A stretch of DNA of 53,906 bases from Chitinophagales bacterium (GTDB lineage: Bacteria > Bacteroidota > Bacteroidia > Chitinophagales > BACL12), in the NCBI GenBank assembly GCA_019694895.1, contig JAIBBA010000004.1, positions 1-53,906 of the forward strand, given 5' to 3'. A program made the translations under genes and the position numbers. The notes under the pieces are model-generated. The model had not been told where the DNA came from. It did not search any database and worked only from the letters and a program-made list of their open reading frames with translations. This document shows positions 21,352-30,879 of this stretch, one piece after another (position 1 is the stretch's first letter; the number at the start of each line of letters is the position of its first letter).

Positions 21352-21765
21352 ATGAAATATTTTTTACCATTTCTGATTTTGTTATCCGGATGTTCGATTT
21401 TAGGAAGTCATAAATCAGTTTATACGCCGTTGAATGGCGACTGGTATCCGATAGATCAAAAATTTGCCGGATTACAATTTCCGGAATCAACTTATGCCAC
21501 GCAGCGATTGATGTTGCGTGATTCGAGTTATATTTTATCGTCGGAAGTTGTTGATTCGGGGAAAATGATCTGTAGCGACAGCACCATGGACATTTATGGT
21601 ATTGAAGGACCAAATGCAGGTAATCATTTTATGGCGATTTATAAACTCCGCAATGATACATTGACCATCAGCTATAATTTGACAGGAGGGTCGTATCCTG
21701 ATACATTTGTTTCAGATTCGACGAACTATTATTTCGTTTCGATATTTGTTCGCGCCAAGGATTAG
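21352..21765 (+). CDS. Hypothetical lipoprotein
   Basis: 137 aa with a lipobox-like FLILLSGC. Confidence 0.55.
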   Translation: MKYFLPFLILLSGCSILGSHKSVYTPLNGDWYPIDQKFAGLQFPESTYATQRLMLRDSSYILSSEVVDSGKMICSDSTMDIYGIEGPNAGNHFMAIYKLRNDTLTISYNLTGGSYPDTFVSDSTNYYFVSIFVRAKD

Positions 21766-22901
21766 CGAGCAGATTTACTTTCCTCAACCACCTTGCGATA
21801 ATAGGCTTCGTATTGCGGCAGAATATTTTCAAGTGAAAAAGCCTGAGCCTGTTTTATTGCATTCGCACGAAATTGCTTTAAAGTGTCTTCGTTTGACAAT
21901 ATGGTAATGGCATTTTTCGCCATATCCTCTACATCGCCAACATTGCTGAGAAAACCTGTAACACCTTGAATATTAATTTCCGGAATACCACCTGTATTGC
22001 TGGATATCACCGGCACTTCACATGCCATTGCTTCGAGGGCAGCCAGACCGAAACTTTCGGTTTCTGATGGAAGAATAAATAAATCGGCAATAGCCAATAA
22101 TTCTTCTATGGCTTCTTGCTTACCTAAAAAGTACACATCCTCTTCAAGGCATACCTGACGAGCGAGTTTCTCTACATTTTGACGCTCAGGTCCATCGCCG
22201 ATGAGGAGTAATTTTGAAGGAACTGCTTCTTTTATTTTACAAAATACTTTCACTACATCCTCTACCCTTTTCACTTTTCGGAAGTTAGAAGTATGTACCA
22301 CTATTTTCTCACCATTTTTTGCAATCACTTTTCTAAAATGCTCTTTATTGAGTTTCTTGAAGCGTGTAAAATCAATAAAGTTTGGAATGACAGCAATTTC
22401 TTTTTCGATATCAAAGTTTTGATAAGTATCTAATTTCAAACTATCAGAAACGGACGTAATGCCATCGCTTTGGTTGATGGAAAAAGTAACTACAGGAACA
22501 AAGGTTTCATCTTTTCCTACAAGTGTGATATCAGTACCATGCAAAGTAGTAATAAATGGCAGATGATAATTTTTATCCTTTAAAATTTGCTTTGCCAAAT
22601 AAGCAGCTGATGCGTGAGGAATAGCATAATGCACGTGCAAGAGGTCGAGTTTTTCATTGATAGCCACGTCCACGATTTTGCTACTTAGTGCAATTTCATA
22701 GGGTGGGTATTCAAACAAGGGATAATTAGTAAAATTCACTTCATGGAAAAAAATATTTTCATGAAAGGAATCCAAACGAAAGGGTTGCTTATAGGTAATG
22801 AAGTGCACTTTATAGCCTTTGTCTGCCAGTGCTTTCCCTAATTCCGTTGCTATAACACCACTTCCCCCATATGTGGGGTAACAAACTATCCCAATTTTCA
22901 T
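21762..22901 (-). CDS. bshA: N-acetyl-alpha-D-glucosaminyl L-malate synthase (bacillithiol biosynthesis GT4)
   Basis: MKIGIVCYPTYGGSGVIATELGKALA..., C-terminal E-x7-E (SETESFGLAALEAMA). ATG at 22901 is preferred over the ORF track start 22961. Confidence 0.8.
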   Translation of the reverse strand: MKIGIVCYPTYGGSGVIATELGKALADKGYKVHFITYKQPFRLDSFHENIFFHEVNFTNYPLFEYPPYEIALSSKIVDVAINEKLDLLHVHYAIPHASAAYLAKQILKDKNYHLPFITTLHGTDITLVGKDETFVPVVTFSINQSDGITSVSDSLKLDTYQNFDIEKEIAVIPNFIDFTRFKKLNKEHFRKVIAKNGEKIVVHTSNFRKVKRVEDVVKVFCKIKEAVPSKLLLIGDGPERQNVEKLARQVCLEEDVYFLGKQEAIEELLAIADLFILPSETESFGLAALEAMACEVPVISSNTGGIPEINIQGVTGFLSNVGDVEDMAKNAITILSNEDTLKQFRANAIKQAQAFSLENILPQYEAYYRKVVEESKSAR

Positions 22902-23032
22902 GTTGTGAAGGTAATGAGAAGTAGAATGAAAATTTAGCCGGAAAAGTTCAACGCGGGACAAATAAGGCCACGATTGCCAAGCAACCCAATGGAGAAATCA
23001 GTGTTCAATCATACACAAGTGGCTACAGAAAT

Positions 23033-26002
23033 TCAATCAGAAGCCGGGCTTCCTTTGGGAGGATTTCCCGTGAGAATTGCCTCGTAGATCACGTCCATGA
23101 TCTTATTTCGAATACCCTCAGTGCTCAGACGGTTGGGCTCTGCCTTTGGTTGAACGCGATTGGAAAGGAATAGATAAACGAGATTGTATTCAGGATCTAC
23201 CCACACACAAATTCCGGTAAATCCCTGGTGGCCAAAAGCAGAAGCAGAGGCATACCCACTGCATGGTGATGGTCCGTTCATTTCCGGTTTATCGAAGCCA
23301 AGTCCGCGACGAGACGTGCTACTTTGCTTCTTAGTCCATAAGGCAACTGTTTCGGGAGAAAAATATTGGGTGCCGCCATAATAACCTTTGTTGAGCAGCA
23401 TCTGATACAATATGGCCAGGTCTTCGGCATCGCTGAATAAACCGGCATGACCTTCAACCCCTCCCATCATGGCAGCGCCCATATCATGCACATATCCTTG
23501 CACGGTCTGGTAGCGGAAATAATTATCATTTTCAGTAGGAACAATGCGCGCTTTGGGGAAACGCTGCAAGGGATTAAAGCAAGTAGTTTGCATTCCCAAG
23601 GGACCATAAAAATGCTGATACAAATAAACATCTAATGGTACATTCGCAATACGTTCAGCTACCCGTCGACCAATATACATACTCAGGTCGCTGTATAAAT
23701 ATTTTTTTTCTTTGATATCTACATGCTCAATAATATTCCAAACGCTGTCTTTATAATCGTCGCGCATATAAATACCATCTGCAACTTGTGTGGTGAATCC
23801 GGGGATTTTGGTTTGACTATAATACAATGGATTTATAGTGCCATCGGGATTAAGTGTGCGTTTATAAAATGGCACCCAAGCAGGTAATCCGGCCTGATGC
23901 GTAAGGATATCCTGCATTTTTAAACCGGCAATATTTGTTCCTTCTGTTTCGGGTAAATAATCAGAAACTGTTTTCTGCAAATTCAACAAACCTTTATCAT
24001 GCAGATCCATGAGCATGATGGTTGTTGCTGATGTTTTGGTAACACTGGCGAGGTCATAAATACTGCTTACATCAACTTTATCTTTATTATCATATTTATA
24101 ACTACCGAATGCTTTATCGTAGATAACATTGCCATCTTTCAAAACAAGCACCTGACATCCGGGAGCCGCTTCAACTTTAATACATGCTTTTGCAAGGCTA
24201 TCGATTCTGTTTAATCTGGCAGGAATGATACCAACTTCTTCGGGTATGGTATATTTAATACGTTGAAGTGAGCCCGTTTCTATTCCTGCGTTTACCTTAA
24301 ATTTTCCCATGCCCACAGGTAATCTCCCATGGAAAGGAATTGCGCCAAAAAGCGCCATAGCAGTAGCTTGCTGGGTATAGTTGTCGTCGTCGTAGGATAC
24401 AATTTGGTATTGTGCATCACTGAATTTATCAATGGCATATGGTGTGCCAAACATACATACTACTGTTTTTGTAGCACGCGATAATTTCCATACCAGGTTT
24501 TCTGTATTTGAGGTAATGCCGTAGTTAGAAGTTCGCGCTCTTTTCATGTCATGAACACCCACAATAACTACATCATAATTTTTCAACTTCTCGAACGACT
24601 GCACAAATGCTGTTGCATCTGCATCTTTATTTATTTGATATAAATCTACCTTCGCATACTTAGCAAGATATTCCTGAAAGGTTGTTTTACTTCCACCGGA
24701 AACACTGATACATGCAATAGATAATGTATCAAGTTTTTTAAATGGTATTAATGTATCCGCAGCATTTGCAAGTGTAATACTATTTTCAGTAATTTTTCTT
24801 TTAATCAATGTAGCAGCCGGTTTATTAATATCATCGGTGATATTTTTTTCCGCCACCCATTTATTTTTGCTGACATTTAATCCTGCGAAGGCTTTTGCGA
24901 TGAGGATGCGTTTTACGCTTTCATCAATTTGTGCCTGAGTAATTCTTCCCGATGCCACTGCTTTTTTTATCGCCTCAAAAGCAACGGGAATATTATCGCT
25001 GAACAACAACATGTCGTTGCCGGCAAGGAATGCTTTTACTTCTAATTCGCCATCTTCATAATAAGCACTGGCACCTTTCATATTAAGCGCATCACTGAAT
25101 ATGAGACCCTTGAACCCGAGACGTTCGCGCACCAGATCGCGACCAACTTTTGGCGAGAGGGATGAAGGTTGATTTTTGGTACTATCCAGTGCGGGAACAT
25201 ATAAATGTGCCAACATGATAGATCCGAGCCCTTCATTCATCAAGACTTTGAAAGGGAAAAATTCAACGGTATCCAGATGGTTATATGGATGATTTACAAC
25301 AGGCAATGTAAGATGGCTATCTGCATCAACATCACCATGCCCCGGAAAATGTTTTCCGCAGGCAACAATATGATTGTCTTGAAGGGCATTCATGTACATC
25401 AGGCCCTTAAGCGCCACATTGTATTTATTTTCTCCAAACGACCTATCGCCAATTACAGGGTTATTAGGATTATTATTGATATCGATATCCGGTGCGAAAT
25501 TGACGTGCACACCAAGTCTTTTTAGTTGTTGGGCAATAACGGTTCCCACTTCATACACGATACTATCGTTGCTCATGGCGCCCCAGGTGAGCTGGCGCTG
25601 GAAGTTGATGACAGAATCGAGGCGCATGGCAGGTCCCCATTCGGCGTCCATACCTATCAGAAGTGGTATTTTCGACTCTTTCTGATACCTGTTATTCAAT
25701 TTTGCCTGACGGACCGGCCCGCCCTGCATAAAGATGAGTCCGCCGATCTGATATTTTGTTACCAGGTTGTCGATAGATTTTGCATGCGCTTCATCCTTAT
25801 TTGAATAGGCAGGTGCCATAAAAAGCTGACCAATTTTCTGGTCCAAGGTCATTACCTGCATCAGGGAATCGACCCAAGGGTAGTCTTTTTCGTAATAAGG
25901 CACTTTGGTATCATCAACAGGCATGGGTATGGCGGGCCGTTTTGCGGCAGACACCATTCCGGCGGTGAGAAGCGATATTATGACGAGTCGTGCTGTTAAC
26001 AT
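23033..26002 (-). CDS. GH3 (NagZ-like beta-N-acetylhexosaminidase) fused to a serine beta-lactamase/PBP-like domain
   Basis: 989 aa with a signal peptide. The N-terminal half has KIGQLFM and GKHFPGHG..D.DSH. The C-terminal half has the S-x-x-K motif (ASVTKTSA) and HQAG. Confidence 0.85.
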   Translation of the reverse strand: MLTARLVIISLLTAGMVSAAKRPAIPMPVDDTKVPYYEKDYPWVDSLMQVMTLDQKIGQLFMAPAYSNKDEAHAKSIDNLVTKYQIGGLIFMQGGPVRQAKLNNRYQKESKIPLLIGMDAEWGPAMRLDSVINFQRQLTWGAMSNDSIVYEVGTVIAQQLKRLGVHVNFAPDIDINNNPNNPVIGDRSFGENKYNVALKGLMYMNALQDNHIVACGKHFPGHGDVDADSHLTLPVVNHPYNHLDTVEFFPFKVLMNEGLGSIMLAHLYVPALDSTKNQPSSLSPKVGRDLVRERLGFKGLIFSDALNMKGASAYYEDGELEVKAFLAGNDMLLFSDNIPVAFEAIKKAVASGRITQAQIDESVKRILIAKAFAGLNVSKNKWVAEKNITDDINKPAATLIKRKITENSITLANAADTLIPFKKLDTLSIACISVSGGSKTTFQEYLAKYAKVDLYQINKDADATAFVQSFEKLKNYDVVIVGVHDMKRARTSNYGITSNTENLVWKLSRATKTVVCMFGTPYAIDKFSDAQYQIVSYDDDNYTQQATAMALFGAIPFHGRLPVGMGKFKVNAGIETGSLQRIKYTIPEEVGIIPARLNRIDSLAKACIKVEAAPGCQVLVLKDGNVIYDKAFGSYKYDNKDKVDVSSIYDLASVTKTSATTIMLMDLHDKGLLNLQKTVSDYLPETEGTNIAGLKMQDILTHQAGLPAWVPFYKRTLNPDGTINPLYYSQTKIPGFTTQVADGIYMRDDYKDSVWNIIEHVDIKEKKYLYSDLSMYIGRRVAERIANVPLDVYLYQHFYGPLGMQTTCFNPLQRFPKARIVPTENDNYFRYQTVQGYVHDMGAAMMGGVEGHAGLFSDAEDLAILYQMLLNKGYYGGTQYFSPETVALWTKKQSSTSRRGLGFDKPEMNGPSPCSGYASASAFGHQGFTGICVWVDPEYNLVYLFLSNRVQPKAEPNRLSTEGIRNKIMDVIYEAILTGNPPKGSPASD

Positions 26003-26167
26003 GCTTGAATGCTTTCGGGCAATACGAAACCAAAAGTATGCCTTGTTTTCACTTTCCTTGCAAAAATAATGGTCAAGGTAACCGCTGGAACGATAATTCC
26101 TACCCTAATGTTGTGGTCAAGCGCAGAAATAGCATACTAATTCAGACATTAGCCACCCGTAAAACAT

Positions 26168-26175
26168 TACTTTTG
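26168..26175 (+). promoter_or_regulatory. Candidate Bacteroidota -7 promoter box for mutL
   Basis: tacttttg matches TAnnTTTG, ~53 nt upstream of the mutL ATG. No clear -33 TTTG is seen. Confidence 0.25.
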
Positions 26176-26228
26176 CAATTCAGGCGGGAGAGTGGACTTG
26201 TGAGCTGCGCGTCTGGAGTGAATTAGCC

Positions 26229-28031
26229 ATGGGAGACATTATTCATCTTTTACCGGATTCAATTGCCAATCAGATTGCTGCAGGTGAGGTAATTCAACGC
26301 CCTGCTTCGGCTATCAAGGAGCTGATGGAAAACGCCGTAGACGCAGGAGCAACGGAGATCAAGGTTGTTGTGAAGGAAGCAGGAAAAATGCTTATTCAGG
26401 TGATAGACAATGGCAAGGGTATGAGTTTTACCGATGCCAGGATGTGCTTTGAAAGGCATGCCACCAGTAAGATCCGCAGTGCCGATGACATTTTTTCTAT
26501 TCGCACGAAGGGATTTCGAGGCGAAGCGCTTGCCAGTATCGCGGCGATAGCCCAGGTAGAACTAAAAACTCGTCAGCAAGAGCATGAATTAGGTGCAAGG
26601 TTAGTGATTGAAGGTTTTGAGGTTAAGGCACATGAGCAAGCTCAATGTCCGGTTGGAACAAATATTCAGGTGAAAAACCTTTTTTATAATGTTCCCGCCA
26701 GGCGCAACTTTTTGAAATCGAACACCGTTGAACTTAAACATATTATTGATGAGTTTGAGCGTGTTGTTTTAGCACATCCTGATATTTTCTTCAGTCTGCA
26801 GCATAATGGAGTAGAATTATTTCATCTGAAGGCAGGAAATCTACGTCAGCGCATCATTCATTTGTTTGGTTCAAATTACAATGAGAAGCTGGTGCCAATT
26901 TCAGAAGACACCTCAGTTACTAATATCCGTGGTTTCATTGGCAAACCCGATGCAGCAAAAAAAACCAAGGGAGAACAATTCTTTTTTGTCAACAACCGAT
27001 TTATTCGAAGCCCGTATTTACATCATGCCGTAATGTCGGCATACCAGGAGTTGTTACCCGAGGGAAGTTATCCATTGTATACCATTTACATTGATATCGA
27101 TCCGGCGCGCATCGACGTGAATGTGCATCCTACCAAACAGGAAATAAAATTTGAGGACGAGCGCATTATATATACTTTCATTCAAGCGGCGGTGCGACAT
27201 GCCTTGGCACAATATAGCGTAACGCCGACACTTGATTTCGAGCAGGATCAAACGTTTGCGAATCTGCCAAGTTTCTACAAAAAGCCTGAGGAGCAGCCGG
27301 TGAGTTTCAAAACTGTTGAGAGCAGGATGAACGATATTCCGCAGCATCAATCGTCATTTAAACATGATGTGGCATCAACCAACCGCATGCATACAGCATT
27401 TAAACGAGAAGTTTCGGGTGCATTGCATGATGATGAGGTGCAATCGGATATGCCAACCGATGGCGCTACACCATTTCAAATACATTATCAATATGTAGTG
27501 ACTCAAATAAAGTCGGGATTTATTGTAATTGATCAGCAAGCGGCACATGAGCGCATTTTATATGAAAAGTATGTTACGCAATTGAGAGAGAAAAAGCATC
27601 ACTCGCAACAGCAATTATTTCCTGAAACATTAAAATTATCGGGTGCCGATTTTGCGTTGATGGAAATGTTGCTTCCTGATCTGCAAAACCTGGGCTTCGA
27701 CATCATGCCCTTTGGCAAAGACGCTTTTGTAGTGCATGGCATACCGGTTGAATTTGAAAACGGCGATATCAATGGCGTAGTGGAAGCATTGTTAGAGCAG
27801 TTTAAAGAGGATAAATCAACACTCAAGCTCGATCGCCATGAAGCTATTGCAAGATCACTTGCACGTACAAACAGCATCAAGCGCGGACAAAAACTGGACG
27901 AGCGGGGCATGCGTCATTTAGCAGATCAATTATTTGCCTGTGAAACGCCATACACTTCTCCTTTTGGCAATCTCACTTTTGTCACCTTTACCCTTGAAGC
28001 ACTGGCACGACAATTTCAAAAAAGCAATTAA
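26229..28031 (+). CDS. mutL: DNA mismatch repair protein MutL
   Basis: 600 aa. IANQIAAGEVIQRPASAIKELMENAVDAG, DNGKGM, GFRGEAL. Confidence 0.95.
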   Translation: MGDIIHLLPDSIANQIAAGEVIQRPASAIKELMENAVDAGATEIKVVVKEAGKMLIQVIDNGKGMSFTDARMCFERHATSKIRSADDIFSIRTKGFRGEALASIAAIAQVELKTRQQEHELGARLVIEGFEVKAHEQAQCPVGTNIQVKNLFYNVPARRNFLKSNTVELKHIIDEFERVVLAHPDIFFSLQHNGVELFHLKAGNLRQRIIHLFGSNYNEKLVPISEDTSVTNIRGFIGKPDAAKKTKGEQFFFVNNRFIRSPYLHHAVMSAYQELLPEGSYPLYTIYIDIDPARIDVNVHPTKQEIKFEDERIIYTFIQAAVRHALAQYSVTPTLDFEQDQTFANLPSFYKKPEEQPVSFKTVESRMNDIPQHQSSFKHDVASTNRMHTAFKREVSGALHDDEVQSDMPTDGATPFQIHYQYVVTQIKSGFIVIDQQAAHERILYEKYVTQLREKKHHSQQQLFPETLKLSGADFALMEMLLPDLQNLGFDIMPFGKDAFVVHGIPVEFENGDINGVVEALLEQFKEDKSTLKLDRHEAIARSLARTNSIKRGQKLDERGMRHLADQLFACETPYTSPFGNLTFVTFTLEALARQFQKSN

Positions 28032-28039
28032 ACAATAAC

Positions 28040-28723
28040 ATGTCGCAAATACAATTTACAAGGTTCAATTATCTGCCGCCGGTGATCAAAAATCTATTGA
28101 TCATTAATGGGTTGGTATATCTTGCAACTTTTACATTTCCGGAATTGAAGGAAACGCTTGCGTTGCACTATCCGTCGACACCGGAATTCAGGCCATATCA
28201 AATCGTGACGCATATGTTTACCCATGAAAACTTTGCGCATGTGTTTTTCAACATGTTCAGTTTGTGGATGTTTGGGGCAGTATTAGAAAATGTGTGGGGT
28301 CCAAAACGATTTTTGCAATATTTTTTAATTACCGGTTTAGGTGCAGCATTATGTTTTACTGCGTATCATGCCTATGAAGTATATCAATCAGTCGGCACCA
28401 TTTTCCCTTCTTCATCCATTACTGATACGCCTTTGCGCTGGAATGTAAATGGCTTGAACTACAGTGCGGTAGGGGCATCCGGAGCCATCTATGGTATCCT
28501 GGTAGGTTTTGGCTTGTTATTCCCCAATACGCTCATTTATATTTATTTCCTTCTTCCGATCAAGGCGAAATATCTTGTCATCATTTTGATAGCCTACGAA
28601 TTATATACCGGTTTCATCAATGATCCTAACGACAATGTTGCGCACTTTGCACATTTAGGTGGCGCATTGATTGGATTTATAATGATCAAATACTGGCAAA
28701 AAAATTCAAGGCGTTTCTATTAA
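28040..28723 (+). CDS. Rhomboid-family intramembrane serine protease
   Basis: 227 aa. H..F.H, GASGAIYG (catalytic Ser), AHLGGALIG (catalytic His). Confidence 0.85.
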   Translation: MSQIQFTRFNYLPPVIKNLLIINGLVYLATFTFPELKETLALHYPSTPEFRPYQIVTHMFTHENFAHVFFNMFSLWMFGAVLENVWGPKRFLQYFLITGLGAALCFTAYHAYEVYQSVGTIFPSSSITDTPLRWNVNGLNYSAVGASGAIYGILVGFGLLFPNTLIYIYFLLPIKAKYLVIILIAYELYTGFINDPNDNVAHFAHLGGALIGFIMIKYWQKNSRRFY

Positions 28724-28740
28724 TCACCCTTGGTGCATAG

Positions 28741-29634
28741 ATGGCATTTTTCGATGATATAAAATATCAATGGCAACATGGCACTGCAGCCATGAAGCTG
28801 ATTATTGTCAACGTGGCTATTTACCTGGCTCAAAGCCTAGGCCTGCTTGTTGCTTATGGATTTCATCAAAAAGAAGCCTATCTGGATTTTCTCGTAAACT
28901 GGTTCTGGGCGAATTCGAATATCAGTACACTCGCAACTCGCCCATGGACTTTGGTCAGCTACATGTTCATGCATGATCCTCAGAATATATTTCATATTGT
29001 TTCCAATATGATCTATTTATTTTTCTTTGGACGCATTTTCAGTGACATCACCAATCAAAAGCTTGCTTATCCGTTATATTTTGCCGGAGGTTTCGCCGGA
29101 TTTTTTCTTGCATTAATTTCCTTTTATCTTTTTCCGGGCTATCAGGAAAATATTGGGGGGTATTTTGTAGGTGCCTCAGCGGCTATCATGGCAATTGTAA
29201 TTGCTACCACCACCTTAATGCCAAATTACACCGTGTTTTTGTACTTTTTAGGCCCTGTGAAATTGAAATATATCGCGGCATTCGTTGTGATAGTTGATGT
29301 GATAAGTATTCCGGGAGAAAGCAACATTGGTGGACATATTGCCCATTTAGGCGGAGCATTGTTTGGCTATTTGTATATTCGCAGTTATAGAAAGTCGGGC
29401 AATTGGTTCAGTTGGTGGCCGCATTTTGAATCTCGGGTATGGCAAATATTTCATCGCAATAAGTTGCGCGTTGCCTATAATTATCAGCGCCAGGATACCG
29501 ATGATCGCAGAGCTAAAGAAATTGAAGATCAAAAAAAACTTGACGCCATACTCGATAAAATAAAAGCCAGTGGGTATGAAAGTTTAAGCAGGCAAGAAAA
29601 AGATTTCCTATTCAGAATGAGCAAAGAAAAGTAA
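28741..29634 (+). CDS. Rhomboid-family intramembrane serine protease (longer paralog with charged C-terminal tail)
   Basis: 297 aa. GASAAIMA and AHLGGALFG. Confidence 0.8.
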   Translation: MAFFDDIKYQWQHGTAAMKLIIVNVAIYLAQSLGLLVAYGFHQKEAYLDFLVNWFWANSNISTLATRPWTLVSYMFMHDPQNIFHIVSNMIYLFFFGRIFSDITNQKLAYPLYFAGGFAGFFLALISFYLFPGYQENIGGYFVGASAAIMAIVIATTTLMPNYTVFLYFLGPVKLKYIAAFVVIVDVISIPGESNIGGHIAHLGGALFGYLYIRSYRKSGNWFSWWPHFESRVWQIFHRNKLRVAYNYQRQDTDDRRAKEIEDQKKLDAILDKIKASGYESLSRQEKDFLFRMSKEK

Positions 29635-29635
29635 T

Positions 29636-30739
29636 ATGCGCTGGTGGCAGAAATTGATATTATTCATAACCATAATTTTCGCCTTGTTACTAATTGGCGC
29701 AATGCTGGCTATGTATATCAGTCCGGAGAAATTTTGGCCTTTAGCTTTTCTTGGGCTGGGATATTTTCCCATTTTACTCTGCTATATGTTTTTCATGTTG
29801 TTGTGGCTTTTTATGCGGAGGAAGATTTTTTATGGCATGTTGATCATTTTAACTTTAGGTTTTACAGCCCATCTTCGCCACTTTAGTCTTGGTGGTTTAA
29901 AGCGATCTTCCGACAGTGAAAAACCGGTTTACACCTTAATGCAATATAATGTGCAAGGATTCGATGCTTACAACAAGGAAGGTAAGTATAAGAACCGCGA
30001 TCAGATCATTGCCAATATTGCAAATGCCAAGCCGGATATATTGTGTATGGAAGAATTCAACACTTACACCAATCACAGAAAGGAAAAGAGTAATCTTGAC
30101 ATGGTGATGACGGCAACCGGGTTAAAAAATTACTATTACTATAAAGCATTTGAAAATCCGAAAACGACCAGAAGTTTCGGCCTTATGATTATGACTAAAT
30201 TTCCAATAATTGATACAGGTCATTTAGAATATCTTTCATTAAGTCCGCTGAATACAACCATTTACGCCGATCTGTTGATTGAAAATGATACCGTACGCGT
30301 TTTTTGCAGTCACATGCAAAGCACGCAACTCAATCATTATGATCTGGAATTCATTGAAGCCAGCAATGAAGCGGAGACTGATTTTGATGCCGACAGGATC
30401 ACAACAAAATTAAAAATGAGTTTTTCTTTGCGTGCACAGGAAGCTGACACTGTAGCCACACATATAAAAGCATCACCATTTCCGATGATTTCGTGTGGCG
30501 ATTTTAATGACACCCCTGTAAGTTACACATATCATAAAATGTCGCACGGAATGGAAGACGCTTTTTTAAAACGCGGTTTTGGTGTTGGAGCAACATATGC
30601 GCCGTTCCCGTTTATACGCATTGATTTTATGTTATTTAAAGATGATGCTTTTGATATTCACGATTACTACACTATAAAAGATAAATCGAGTGATCATTAC
30701 CCTTGCATTACTAAGTTCAGCATCCCCGCTAAAGATTAA
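29636..30739 (+). CDS. Membrane-anchored endonuclease/exonuclease/phosphatase (EEP) family protein
   Basis: 367 aa with N-terminal TM helices. ILCMEE, CGDFND, SDHYP motifs. Confidence 0.8.
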   Translation: MRWWQKLILFITIIFALLLIGAMLAMYISPEKFWPLAFLGLGYFPILLCYMFFMLLWLFMRRKIFYGMLIILTLGFTAHLRHFSLGGLKRSSDSEKPVYTLMQYNVQGFDAYNKEGKYKNRDQIIANIANAKPDILCMEEFNTYTNHRKEKSNLDMVMTATGLKNYYYYKAFENPKTTRSFGLMIMTKFPIIDTGHLEYLSLSPLNTTIYADLLIENDTVRVFCSHMQSTQLNHYDLEFIEASNEAETDFDADRITTKLKMSFSLRAQEADTVATHIKASPFPMISCGDFNDTPVSYTYHKMSHGMEDAFLKRGFGVGATYAPFPFIRIDFMLFKDDAFDIHDYYTIKDKSSDHYPCITKFSIPAKD

Positions 30740-30823
30740 CTTATTTCAAGATCGCTTTCAAGGATAATACCGGCTTCAATTAATCTTTAATTCCTTGCAT
30801 ATAGGCATAGAAGAAATGCAACA

Positions 30824-30860
30824 AATAAAAAAGACCCGGAGTCGCTTCCGGGTCTTTTCT
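30824..30860. terminator. Bidirectional intrinsic terminator between convergent genes
   Basis: Stem gacccgga (30833-30840) / tccgggtc (30847-30854), with an A-run 5' and tttt 3'. Confidence 0.8.
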
Positions 30861-30879
30861 GTTTCGCAGAACAATTTGA

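Noticed and set aside
25990-26226. 78-aa ORF filling the GH3/mutL divergent intergenic region
   Set aside because: It overlaps the GH3 start and the candidate mutL promoter box. It has no recognisable motif and is probably non-coding. I also saw no recognisable ncRNA structure there.
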